Of a stretch of 64,000 nucleotides of DNA, positions 12,370 through 24,465 are shown in pieces (the first letter of the stretch is position 1; each line of letters begins with the position of its first letter). A program made the translations under genes and the position numbers. The notes under the pieces are model-generated. The model was not told where the DNA came from. It did no database searches and saw nothing but the letters and a program-made list of their open reading frames with translations. The stretch spans positions 1 through 64,000 of the forward strand of contig JAAILG010000409.1 of NCBI GenBank assembly GCA_012026655.1, in the 5' to 3' direction. The DNA is from Hydrolagus affinis (Eukaryota).

Positions 12370-12530
12370 TCCTAATGAGTAGACAACACCAGTGCAGCAC
12401 TAAGACCCAGAGACCAGGTGGTCTCATGTTCAATCCATGATTGTTACTGACTTTCTAATGTGGGGCTAGGTTAACACTAGCATTGCTGTAGAGTTGGGGG
12501 AGTGGACATGCCAGGATGGTTGTCTTCTTG
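12370..12530 (+). mobile_element. Ancient SINE family B, 5' part
   Basis: CAGAGACCAGGTGGTCTCATGTTCAATCC (B-box-like) parallels CATACAGAACCCAGAGGTCATAGGTTTGAATC at 14030. Confidence 0.4.
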
Positions 12531-13974
12531 GCATCTTGTTCTCAGTTAGATTCTGATTAGGATTCCTTCTTGAACTATACCTTTCATGTTTATCACATCT
12601 TCAGATTGATAAACTAGCACTTTGTCAATCAGCGTTGCTGAACGGTACATCCACAGAATAGCTATAAAAAAAGAGGAAGACATTCAGTCGATCGTGTCTC
12701 TGTTAATGACTGCTCCTCCAGCTGAGGTATCTATTCTATTCCCAACACTTGCTCGTCACCCACAGCTTTTAATATTTGTTTCCTAAGTAAAGAGTTGAAC
12801 TGTCACTAAATGTCTGCCAGTACCACTCTATATCTAGATACTGGAAGCTGCACAAGAGTTACTCAGTGTGAAATTCCCTCTCTCTGTAGGAAAGCCTGCT
12901 ACCACCCACGACTGCATGTCTGAATCTATAAACACATTCTAGGAGAAACTCAACATGAAATTCTGCGTTCCATTCCTTCATAGCTCGTAGCATTGCGGCC
13001 TAAACAGCACAGAATCATGCTGACCATAATCCCCGTTCCACACCCAGACGCGAGTTAGCCCAAAATGTTGGACTAAGAAGACTAACAAAAATTCCCTGAT
13101 TCATCAACGAGTAGATTTAGGACCCTTGAGAAGCATAGATTGTCCAATGTCTCCAATGACTTATAACATAATGCAGCACTGAAAAGGTGCTTTTGCTGAC
13201 CGTTTGCTCTGTATGGTTTACGATGACACCATTGGAACACATGAGGATGCGCACACAGATGGCCTTCTGTATTTTGTTAATGTTTTTCTATGAAGTGATT
13301 GCTGCGCTGGTACTTGAAATTTCACTGTAACATTTACTGCTTTCTCATATGCTGCCACATCAGGGGACAAGTTGCACAGGAACATAGCTTCCCTCGTGTT
13401 GGAAGTACAATCTGTTTCTCCTACTGCAAAAAAAAATGGCAGATGTTAGCAAAATTCTGCTGCAATCATGTTGATTTATACTGATAATCCATTCTACAAA
13501 GTTGAAGATTAAAGCTTACCACTTGTTTTTCCCAGCGTGACAATAAATTACATGATAAAGTGTATTTGTTGCAGATTCGATGAATCCATTTTTTTCAATA
13601 AATGGTTCCATATGTAGCCAGTTGTTAGTCAGGGGCGAATAGGGTCCCATGGAACTGTTTGTTAATCGACATGTGAAGCTCAGTCACTATTATCCTCCGG
13701 TGAATAAAGGGAAACATTTAGTAAGTTGGGAAAATATGCAACCTACAAAACTTTGTGATTTTTAACTCAAGTGAAATGAAGTGAGGTTATCATGTGAATT
13801 CTACGACAATGACTTGAAATATAGTTACTTAAAGAGTTACTGTGATAACTACCGGAAAAGTTGGGGGCAAAAGAGCTAACGTGCATTTTGTTGCCATGAG
13901 TGAACACAAAACCACACTGAATGCATTCAGAATGTGTGCTGCAATAACCAATTTCAGTTTTCTCCAGTGGCTTG

Positions 13975-14200
13975 AAGAAAGGCAGTGGCTGACACTAACA
14001 CAAAGGCATTGCCTAGTATCACAATAATTCATACAGAACCCAGAGGTCATAGGTTTGAATCTTGGTCTGTAGTGAGAATGTGCTGATTTCAGCTGGGGAA
14101 GAATTGGCACGGGACAACAGATGTTCCTCTCCTCACCACTGGTAGTAAATGGATCAGATAAGGTTGGGATCCCAACTCAGTAACCTCTGCTGGAAGGTGA
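13975..14200 (+). mobile_element. Ancient SINE family B
   Basis: GGTTTGAATCTTGGTCTGT...GCTGATTTCAGCTGGGG...AATTGGC...CCTCTGCTGGAAGGTG. Confidence 0.5.
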
Positions 14201-16377
14201 ACATGCACTAAAATTGGATAAGCATGAGGGTACAGATGATCTGAGTACAATGTTGAATATAATGATGGGATTTTACTTTTGTACTGGGTTCATAAAACCA
14301 AGTTTGGATTCTCTATGGTCATTAGGATGGCAGACCTGCCAATGCAGACGATGGACTGTTGGAGTGTGTCGGTTTGGATTAGGAGCCGAATTTGTTCATT
14401 CCACATTGCCTATTAAATATTTGTAAATGCAGTAAATATTTGAAGAGGCAGAAACATTGGGCAACAGCAAGGCTGAAACTGCAGGTGGTGATTGGTGCTG
14501 GGAAACCGGGACAGACGATGATGACACTCTCTTCGTAGACACTGTTTCGCTTTCATTTGTTTAAAATTCAAATCAACGCAACACAAATGTGGTTGCGATA
14601 TTTCCATATGCAAAGTGATGAGTGTTTTACAGTTTGTTCTTCCCAGCATTTCAGTGAGGTCCAATACGCTTCAGTTCCCAATGGAATGCCTTCTGAATCA
14701 TTGGAAGTCTGTTCCGAACATGGAGTGGTTTCAGCAGAGTCCACAAGGCAAGGAAATGTACTTCTGTTTTTCCCCATTAAGGAATTATGTTCGAATTGGC
14801 ACATATTAGACCCCCAAAATCAGTCAGTCGGCATGGCTAATCACATTATGCACTGCCTCAATGTGGCAGCTGCTATTCCAATCTGTTTGCCTCTGCTGTA
14901 CCAAGAGGCATTGTATTCCTTGTACATAGAGTGTGTGTCTCGTCTATAAACTGCTGAATTAAGCAAGGTTTTCTGACATGAAGTCGGATCTGATTTTCAA
15001 AGGGAGCAAAGAGGCTTTTTATTCAGAATTGAATCTCCAATTAATATCTGCATGTGAATCTAAATCCAAGGAAGGAGTTGAAACTGAGATTGTTATTAGT
15101 TTTTTTTGTTGCATCCAAGGTAACATTCTATTCTTTTGCTCAACATCTTGATGCAAGCTATACAAAAGTATCTGTTCTATTCCCATTCGCTTTATTGGAG
15201 AACAAGAGTTTAGCGCTCTACCATTGAGGTAAGGATGAATTAAATGCAATGCTTTTTAGTAGACTGCACTGCTGATGGAGATCTGCATTAATGCCTTATA
15301 TCTCCCAGGAACTCTGCACTATAGATCTTTGTATAGCCATGATGGTCTGAGTGGGACAACAACCTAGCCATACAAAGCAAAAAAACAAAAATCTTTCAAA
15401 CCAGTGTTGAGTTTAAAAACTGTGAATCTTTGTATAAAATTAACTTGAGCGATGTGCTAAACTGGTTATAAATCTGCTGCTCTTGTCCACAGGGAAAGGT
15501 GGTAGGGGTGGGGGGGGTGAACAGTAAAAAAAATTTCTTGCAACTCTTTTTGTGAAAAAAAATAATTGGGACAAAAGGAAAGTGTGTGGCATTTTAATGA
15601 TTCATATATTGGCAGTGCTCATTTTTCTCCTTTAAGAAGAACCAGGCAACTTGCATTTGGAAGATACAAGGGGGCAGTCGTGGTGTCAAATGGTACAGTA
15701 TCATAGCACTAGGCAAAGCTTCTAAAAGATGCTCTTATTGATGCCTTGCAGTGGAGCAAATAAAGGAGAGAAGATAATCTTGAAAGGAATTCATTCCCTC
15801 CACTGCTCGCGAGTGTAGTGATGGAATAACCCACCTAGAATAACACTGGATTACACCAACACCGTTTAGTTTCTTGCCTTCTTCCCATGGGAATCATACA
15901 ATATTAGCTTTGAGGGATGGCAGTCTCCCCCGAGGAAGGAAATCCCATGAGTAACAATCATGCACAGTGATTATACCTTTTGCTGACTATGCTAAGTTGC
16001 CTCTTCCTCAGAGCCCTCCTATTGTAGAGCCAATGCAGACTCTATGTTACTGTGTTGCTGACACCAGTATTTATTTTTAAGCGTTCAGCGATTTAGCAAA
16101 AGAGTCCAACAAAAAAAAAATCAACCAGATATGTAGATTCATCCTGAAGCAAACTGAATGTCAGCTACACCAAAATGCAATGAGAGAATTAATGAGTGAA
16201 TAAATGCAATATTTCAGAACACATGTGATATCATATTGGTAATGAAACATCACTTTTTCAACCCCAAATAATTCAGAAAGTGTTAGAACTTCTACAAAGG
16301 CTGAATCTCTCTCTCCCTCCCTCCCTGTACCAGCCTCCAAACACTGACCTGTGAGTTTGTGTTTGAGCAGAACCATA

Positions 16378-16580
16378 TGCAAATCTTTACAGTGCCTTTC
16401 GCATTGGGGAGAACATCTTAGCGTGCTTTACAATCCTGGCTGGGCACCTAAGTTTGGGGGTGGAAGCTGAAGAGCGTGAGAAGGGGGAAAGGTGACAATT
16501 AAAGTGAAAGATTTTAAGGCGTGCTTTGAACATGGGGAAGACTGGGTCTTGTTGAGTGAAGGGAGAGGCCTGGTTGGCAG
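16378..16580 (-). mobile_element. L2 LINE 3' end relic
   Basis: Minus strand has TTCAAAGCACGCCTTAAAATC (FK..LK) followed by TGTAAAGCACGCTAAGATGTTCT...GAAAAGGCACTGTAAAGATTTGC, an L2-type tail. Confidence 0.5.
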
Positions 16581-18084
16581 GGTTCTAGGCAAGGTGCCTT
16601 ATGAATGCAAAGAGATTGCGCAACACAATTTCATAATAAGCCATTATGCTTTGGAAGAGCATTAATAAACAACGTATTATTGATACTCGAGGAAAGCACT
16701 CTGAAATTCTGTGTTGCTCTGTGCAATGTTTCCCTGTATGACTGACCCAGTCTGCGAGGACGACTTCAGCAATAAACTCAATTTTTTTTTTGTTACATGA
16801 AATAAACTATCGCAGCCTTGACAGGCAAGTGAAGAATGATATCTTCTGCTAAACTATATTTTCCTCTTATATAAAACAATGGTTGGACTGGATTAAGTTA
16901 CAGGCTATAACATGACCTCAGGGTTTTCACAGCTGCATCATGACATCGCCATAACCTTTCTATTGTGTTATAGCCTTGTAACACACTTCAACCCAGCTAT
17001 TATTCTATATATATTTTTATATATAATGCATATAAATGGATCAAGCTGTAATAACTGGTCTATGACGAGCAATAAATGTCAGACCTTCAGTAATTTAGGC
17101 ATGATGGCATTAATCATCATTAGATTTATGTGGCAATTTCCACCCTTCATGAACGCCATTTGCTATCGTTCAGACTGGTTGTGAACTCGGAATCTCTTAA
17201 GGCAGTGAAGCTGCTTAGTGCACCATTGCGTGTATTTTCATTAAATTTACTGTACCTCGACCTTGGCTCATTTTCTTTCTGTTTTCTCAGACGTGCAACT
17301 CTCTCTCGCTCTTTCTCTCCCTCATCCTCCATAGTTTTCATAACAGAATATGACAATTAAATAGCACAGTAATAGCATTGAGGCTCGAGCTGTCTGACAC
17401 TTGAACTTGCCGGCGTCCATCGTAAAGAACTTGGTCGACCTGTGATTTATGATACACAAATAACATCCCGTAATCCAAGGTCTTTGCCCAAATCATGGGT
17501 TTCCTTGAAACAGACTTTTTCAACAAAAACTAAGTGAATATTTTAAGTGTGTGTTGGCTGACCTTTGTTACCACTGTAACTGTCAACAGATTTATGATTG
17601 TCCCATTTCCATTTCAAATGTCCAATCCAACACTGCTATCTTAAAATCCCCAGTATATTATAACTCCTCTATCTGCCTTGTAATGTGCCTTTGTGGGCAG
17701 TAAGTCACCCTACTTTAAGACTTCACACGTACAAGGCACGATTGTACGAAGACATATATACACACAGTCAAAACAAAAACTGCAAATTGTATGCAATTAT
17801 TTCATTCTATAATCCTTTTAATCCCACGTGGGCAAAATGCAGAATGGCTCGTAAACCGATCAGAGGGGCATAGGTTTAGGTGGGAACTTCATTCTGTTGC
17901 TTAATATTTTGATTTCTCCCTCTGAATCTTCCTCCCCCTCTCTTTTCTTTAAAAAAAACAATTTGCAGGTGCGTTTAGACAGGGCCGCTGTTAATTTATC
18001 GCAGTGTTGATCTAAAATCACGGTATGGGAGGCACGCTTGTCATGGGGTTTATTTTTGCTCCTCGGAGGTAGAGGTGTGCTAGA

Positions 18085-18336
18085 AAGAAAGAACTTGCGT
18101 TTTTTTTTGGAGATTTATCATATCAGAGCATCTCTAAGGACTTCATAGGTAATTATTATTAGTAGCTGTTTGCACAAACAAACTTGGCAGCTATGTGCAC
18201 CAGTAATGTAGTTTGGGTAATAATTTCTGAAGAGATACCCTCTTCTCTTTCCCAAACGTGTCACACTGAATCTGCTGAACAGGCAGGTGGGATCTCAGTT
18301 TAGCATCTCATCCAAAGGACGGCACCTCTGACAATG
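18085..18336 (-). mobile_element. Old DeuSINE (AmnSINE1/SacSINE1-like) fragment
   Basis: CAGTTTAGCATCTCATCCAAAGGACGGCACCTCTGACA matches the reverse complement of the Deu-domain hallmark GAGGTGCCGTC..TGGATGAGA..TTAAAC. Confidence 0.65.
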
Positions 18337-18870
18337 TTGATGTCTGATGCCAAAATAGCAATATATCATACAAATAACACCAATTATATTTAAAATGCAT
18401 TAAATATAACACCTTTCACAATGGTAGGATGACTACAAATGTTTCACCAGATGTACTGTAAAGCAAAGTGACTGTACTTTCTTAGGTAACCTTGGCCACT
18501 AATTTGCATACAGTGCCACAATAACTATTATGAAATGAGCTATGTGTACACACCAATAATGTGTTGAATTCAGCTTTTATTGGGAGTATTGTTCAGTGGT
18601 GCAATGCAGCAACTGTCTATGCTTGTGTTAAGCAATTTTTCTCCCAGCTGCTTTTATCATCAGTTTGCAGAATGCTGCTGTCTCCTACTGTGAGTTGACC
18701 TATAATAAGAAGCCCTTTGAGCCAGAACTACAAATCATGATCAAATATTGAGACAGATAATTATCATTCGTTTTGAAGTTCTGTTAAAATAAATAAGACA
18801 GTCATAACTAGAATATTAGATTTTTTTAATCATAAGATATCTGAATTTTGCATGAGAACAATTTTGTTTT

Positions 18871-18929
18871 ACAACAACAACAAAATTACATTTACGCCTT
18901 TCACGTCGGGAGGACGTCCCAAGGCGCTG
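18871..18929 (-). mobile_element. L2-type 3' hairpin tail with (TTG)n
   Basis: Minus strand reads AGCGCCTTGGGACGTCCTCCCGACGTGAAAGGCGTAAATGTAATTTTG(TTG)n. Confidence 0.8.
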
Positions 18930-19920
18930 TTCTTTTTAGTGTAGGAAAAGCCCATTAAGGCCCAATAAAACAATGGTTCATCTGTTGCAATACAGTATTG
19001 TGCATTCTAGGCGACAATAGTAAACTTGCTCAGAGTTAGTTTGTGGCAGAAATTTACTTTAGTTCAAAGAAGAGTTTACAAGTAAAAGTAACTGGATCTT
19101 CTTTGTGTCCTGAAGTACTGCACTTCTCTACGAATCCTGCGATTTTAATTCAACTGACAATTCAGTCAAGCACATTAGATTGAAAATAAAACCAAATAAT
19201 TTTTTTTAGTTCATTAGTTCAAGTAGTGCAGTTTTGTTCTCTTATACTTTCAGGGCTCCAGGCCAAACATACAGAGCTTCTCATACAGATTTCTTTTTTT
19301 GTAATCAAAATGACATTTCCATAAATATGGAGGATATAATTTTACAGCCTGTTCTGAAATGGTCATTGCTAAAGGCACCATTTGACATCATTGCATCTGC
19401 AAAAGGTATAAGGGAAAGATGCCTGATGCATTTTTATTTCTTGAATGCAGGTTGGATACGGAATATGATCCAGAATTGCTATTGGAACTGTAGGGTGAAG
19501 CAACTGTGAGGTTGCTCTGGAACTTAATGTGGGCACACGAGAATCTCAAACACAATGTACTATTGAAATGTTGTGTCTGCTGATGCGATGAGAGCTGAGT
19601 AAAAGTATGAAGTGAAACTGTTCTTTTTTTTAAATATGAAAGGGAGAGATTTTTAACTACTGATGACTCCAGAAAGATTCAATACAGACAAAAGATAATG
19701 CAATCTGACTCGCATGCTGTATGGAAGCAGATTACAACTGACAGGAGCATCCTGGTATACTAAAGCTATGCAAATCTATTCAACAACATAGAACATGTTT
19801 GCAAATCATGTTTACTACCTCCTGACACAGTTGATTACATGCACCAATGGCAGTGTACGTGTTGCTGGTGGAATCTTTGGTTGTGTTTTAAAGTGCTGCA
19901 CGATGGCTACAGGTTAGATG

Positions 19921-20176
19921 ATCAGTGGTTAGAGCGCTCGCCTCGTAAGCGAGAGACCCGGGTTCAATTCCAGGCAGGGCAGGGCGAAACCTTGGGCAAG
20001 GTTCCTTACTCCTCATGCCTAATAATAATCTCCAAAAAAAAGAAAAACAATCATAATTGGGTCACTCAATCCACGAATGTTTGTGGGACACTGCTGTGCG
20101 CAAATGGGTGAAGCTCTTTGAGACGTCTAGTAGAAGATGTGAAAGGCAGTATGTCATTTACAAGGATGATTATTAT
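19921..20176 (+). mobile_element. SINE family A with internal deletion
   Basis: TCAGTGGTTAGAGCGCTCGCCTCGTAAGCGAGAGACCCGGGTTCAATTCC head; about 50 bp missing after CTGTGCGCAAATGG. Confidence 0.9.
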
Positions 20177-20805
20177 GTTGGGATAACATCCCAAGGGGCT
20201 GAGTTAAGACTGAAAGCAACAATTTTCTGTGGTTTTTGAAACTTTAGGCAATGTTACTCCTATGAGAATACCTATTTGCTGGGGGATGAATCAGCCTCTT
20301 ATTTTTCTGCACTCAATTTACCCATTGCCAGGAACAAAATACTACAATAGCTCTGAACATGTTGAATGCAATGAGCTACTTTACCACTAAAGTAAAAGAA
20401 AACCACTTGGGAAGATCAGAGCTCTGGAGAATTCAATCCCTTGTCATTACATATGTTCTTCGGCTTGTTTTCTTCTACTCAACAAAGGAAGTTTACAGGT
20501 CTACACATTACAATTTACTGTTATACAGCAGCTTTTGACTGGGGGACATCTCAAAGTGCTTGTGATTCAATGATTACATGATTCAATGTGTGCTGACTGC
20601 TCTCTCTTACTTCGAAAAACAGCCATTCTGATGCAGAGCCATAGACAAGCCTGATTCTGCCCTCATCCAGTCTTACCCTCAGCCTTGTGTAAGTAGAATG
20701 CGTAGCAATCAGAACTGGGCACTGTGGCTGATTTTAGTTTTGCTCCTCGAGCCCAGGGATGCTGATTGTACGTCTCTTACTGCTCCACACCCAACTCTTT
20801 TGAAA

Positions 20806-21355
20806 AAAAAATCCTTGTATTTGACACAGAGCTTTTCACGTATTCTAAACGTCTCAAAGCACTTCCCAGAATATACAGTTGGTCCTCGCATAACGTTGCT
20901 TCAGTCAATGTGGTTTCGTTATTATATTGCTGATACATAGGGGAACATATATCCATTTAACGTCATGATGTTCGCTATTATGTTGTTCGGCAGTGGGTGA
21001 AAACAATAGGTAGAGTAGATGCATATAGATGCTGAATGGCTGGCATTCTTATGCAAGTTCACTTACTTTGTTTCGCTTAAAGTCACACTTTTCAAGAACA
21101 CAACTACGATGTCAAGTGAGGACTAATTGTTAAGTGAATTGACTATATACACATGTGGGCGAAACGCAGCAGCCAATTGCACACAGCAGTGTCCCACAAA
21201 CAGTAGTGGATTGAAATGACCGATTTTTTTTTTTGAGGGATTATTATTAGGTGCGTGGAGTAAAGAAACTTGCTCAATGTATCACCCTGCTGGGAATGAA
21301 ACCCGGGTCTCTCGCTCGTAAGGCGAGTGCTCTAACCACTGAGCTACAGGGCTCC
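20806..21355 (-). mobile_element. SINE family A, full length, split by a MITE
   Basis: Tail at 20806-20875 and head plus body at 21130-21355 join into one copy. Confidence 0.9.
20876..21129. mobile_element. Non-autonomous Tc1/mariner (pogo/Tigger-type, Tigger6-like) MITE
   Basis: Imperfect TIRs: CAGTTGGTCCTCGCATAACGTTG on the left, CAATTAGTCCTCACTTGACATCG as the reverse complement of the right end. TA on the left flank, TT on the right. Subterminal GACTTTAAGCGAAAC resembles Tigger6 as recalled. Confidence 0.8.
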
Positions 21356-22204
21356 ACAATCAGGCCTCCTGATCCAATTAGTGATGAACTCGATTACAGT
21401 AAATTTCTCATTCTCAAAGCACTCGCTGAGTGATCAGATAGATTAGATCGATTTGTGTTCAGCTAAATTGCTGTACAGTGAAAATCTGAGAGATGAAATC
21501 CTGCTGTTTAGCCCTATGACACAAGTTTGAGGACCCATTCGAATCAATAGGAACCAGCGTTCCATTGACAAGGGATTACATGTTGTACCAAAGCTCAGTT
21601 TTCAGCGTTTTTTGTATAGCATGCTTCGGAGGATAAGGTGAAACATACTTTGTCTCTTGTCATCCTGTGAAAAGATTAAAATTGTGGGGGAACGATGGAA
21701 GATTAATCTGATTGCAATGCTCTGGCTTACTTTGAAGGTAATTTAGCAAGGAAATTCCTGCCTATCTCTGGTGAGGAGTCATACAGAATGATCAGCACAT
21801 CAATATGATAGCACAACAGGGACTGTTCTGTTGATTTAGAGCTGGAGTGCTACGATGCTCCTTATAATCCGGTTGCAAGAAAATTGTTAGTGTTTACTGA
21901 CTGGCAGCTGAAAGTGCAGGGTAATAGATGATTGAAACAAGTAACAATCCGGAAATTTTCTGCTAAATTTGAGCCAAAGGCTCAGATACGCATTTTCTTT
22001 TTGTAAGTGAAGCCGTACAGGTTGGCCTTTAAACAACGTTATACCTTTCCTCATGTGCATGTGTATGTATGTGTGTTTGTGTGAGAGCAATATTTTATGT
22101 TAATTTGTTATGCTAATTCATCATTACTACTCCAACCCCCCCCACCTCCCAAATAATAAATTTTGCTTGTGAATTCCTTGCCAATAATGGCAATAGATAT
22201 CATG

Positions 22205-22512
22205 TTTACTCCACACACCTGATGATAATCTCTCAAGAAAAAAAATTGGTCATTTCAATCTACAACTGTTCGTGGGACATTGCTGTGCGCAATTGGCTGC
22301 TGCGTTTTGCCCACAAACGTACAGTCAATTCACTTTACAGTATATTCTGTGTATTCCGCTTTGAAACATACAGAAGACGTGAAAAGTGCTATATCAAATA
22401 CTAGGATTATTACTATTATTACTGCCATTTTGGCATTCTATGAAGTGCTTTGAGACATCTTCGAAGATGCGATCAGGCGCTATATCAAATGCAAGGATTA
22501 TTATTATTATTT
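22205..22512 (+). mobile_element. SINE family A (headless) followed by a second tandem tail
   Basis: First tail ends at ~22423. A second ATTCTATGAAGTGCTTTGAGAC...CAAGG(ATT)n occupies 22434-22512. Confidence 0.88.
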
Positions 22513-23204
22513 TCATCAAGTATCCAGTTTTCAATGTCCTCATTTCAATTCATTCCATATACATAATCTTAAACATGTCCACTTTAACTTTTTAATCACT
22601 TTAAAAAAAAAATTAGTCTTTTAAATCCGTTAAATCTTTTAAATTGCTTCGTAATCCTGAGTAATGTCCTGGTCTAATTATAGTAATAAATATTGACGGT
22701 GACTGGTTTGGTAATAGGCAGGCTTCACTGTAATGTGTTATCCCTCTCTACATCTGACGTGATGAGAGACCTGTCAGACGATCACCCTTCCCATTCTAAT
22801 GCTGCTTTTATACCTTCTGCAGCTGCTCAAAGACGGAAACATCCGCCGCGTTGCATCTTTCCATTAAACTAAGACCTATGACTCACTGTAGGAAATACGT
22901 TCATCTTCAATCTGTCCAGCTGTGTTGTCCTCTCTATTGTTAACATTGCTCATAGATAGCAGCCTTGCAGTCATTTCTTTGAATTTGACTGAAAATGAGC
23001 CTTTGCCGAATGTTGGGTAATTGCAATCTGTTGAACTGAGCAGCTGCAAACCGACTGTTTATAATTATCTGAAGGGTAATGGAATAACTGACTGTCACTA
23101 TTTACTGTGCAAATACACCTCTCTCTTTACATAGAGCTAAACTACAACAACAAACATTTATTTGCAATAGCCTTTGAACGTTTGTTGTTTTATATACTGT
23201 ATGT

Positions 23205-23256
23205 ATAAAATTACACTTGTATAGCGTCTTTCACATCAGGAGGACATCACAAGGCT
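23205..23256 (-). mobile_element. L2-type 3' hairpin tail
   Basis: AAAATTACACTTGTATAGCGTCTTTCACATCAGGAGGACATCACAAGGCT. Confidence 0.65.
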
Positions 23257-24210
23257 TTCAACAAACTTCAGTGTTAATAGTAGGTTGCATTTCAATGTTT
23301 CCGGTTCGAAACATGATACATGAAAAACTTTATGTTCCTTGAGATGTTAATTTGTTAGCATTAGCCAATGCATTGCGCTTGGTGTGTCATACCCTATAGT
23401 GAATGTTGTGTGCATATATTAGTGTGAATTTAAAACCTATATACTGCGCCAATCAACAACAACAACAATAACTTGCACTTATAGCGCTCCCCCCCACCCA
23501 CCCACCCCCTCCCACCCCAGCGTCTCAGAGCGAAATAAAGAGGTTGCCCCCCGCTTTCTCTAATAGGGATGTAGTGATCCAATTTTTAGATTTTTGTATA
23601 AATCAATCAAAGATACCACAACCATACACAGATTGAAAAAATACATCCATTCATTTTCTTTGCAGGAAATGTATTCCAACTGTTCCAGTTAAACATCTTC
23701 ACTTTCAGGTCTATGCTTGAGTTTATGACTCGTGTACATCCAAACACATCTGCAAATCAAACTCAAGTTTGTTTAGTCAACCGCTCAATCCCACTCCCTA
23801 CTGGATAGTATGATTTCCTTCAATCAATTTCTCTTTATCCAGACCTTTCAACTGATATTCACTGCTATGCTTAGAAGCTAGGTTAATGTGTTTGATTACC
23901 GGTAGGTCAATAAATACTTAAGATGATTTTAAATTCATGGTACACGCAAGCCATCTTTGTGTTTCCTTGCAGCATTACATCTGAATGCTGCTGATGTGAT
24001 ATAAGAGACAAGGCAGAGAATCTTCCTGTTACAGCTCTGCCGCTGCTCAATGATGGAACACTTAGCATATGGCAATGTAGTAATGCGTATATTTTTCTTG
24101 TCTTCAGAAGTTTCAAATTTCAGCTAATTTACCCAAATGGGCAAATGGGTCTATGAGCTAGAACAGAACAATTTATTTTTGTTAGAATCTTACATAAAAA
24201 TATTTTGCAG

Positions 24211-24465
24211 TAATAATAATACTCCTTGCATTTTCATGTCTTCTCAAAGTGCTTCACAGAATATACAGTACTGTGAAGTGAATTGACTGTATATTTGTGA
24301 GTGAAATACAGCAGCCAATTGTGCATAGCAGTGTCCCACAAACATTTGAGGATTGAATGAACAATTTATTGTGTTTTTCTTTAGGGACTATTATCAGGCA
24401 TGTGGAGCAAGGAAACTTGCTCAAGGTTTCAACCTGCTGGGAATCAAACCCGGGTTTCTTGCTTG
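24211..24465 (-). mobile_element. SINE family A, A box lost, with a 5-bp CAGTA insertion
   Basis: Body and tail present; GAATATACAGTACTGTGAAG at 24260-24278. Confidence 0.88.

Larger units (their letters stand above)
11530..15000 (-). mobile_element. Highly decayed RTE-like non-LTR retrotransposon (APE endonuclease plus RT), interrupted by SINE-B copies
   Basis: Degenerate motifs in the expected order on the minus strand: LILG(D) at ~14815; VD(L)ILNK*KRNSV at 14538-14577; STNHHL (SDH-like) at 14481-14500; FKK..N.RT at 12535-12574; RAFHSV at 12070-12088; YMGIP at 12022-12036; SLAPCSF at 11545-11567. Many stops and frameshifts. Confidence 0.5.

Noticed and set aside
12200-12460. Protein-kinase-like reading on the + strand (VFLVMEYMK / GGTL / DNWL / MIVTDF)
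   Set aside because: It needs several frameshifts and lacks HRD and other catalytic motifs. The MIVTDF part lies in a SINE-B head, and the minus strand is better explained as RT sequence.
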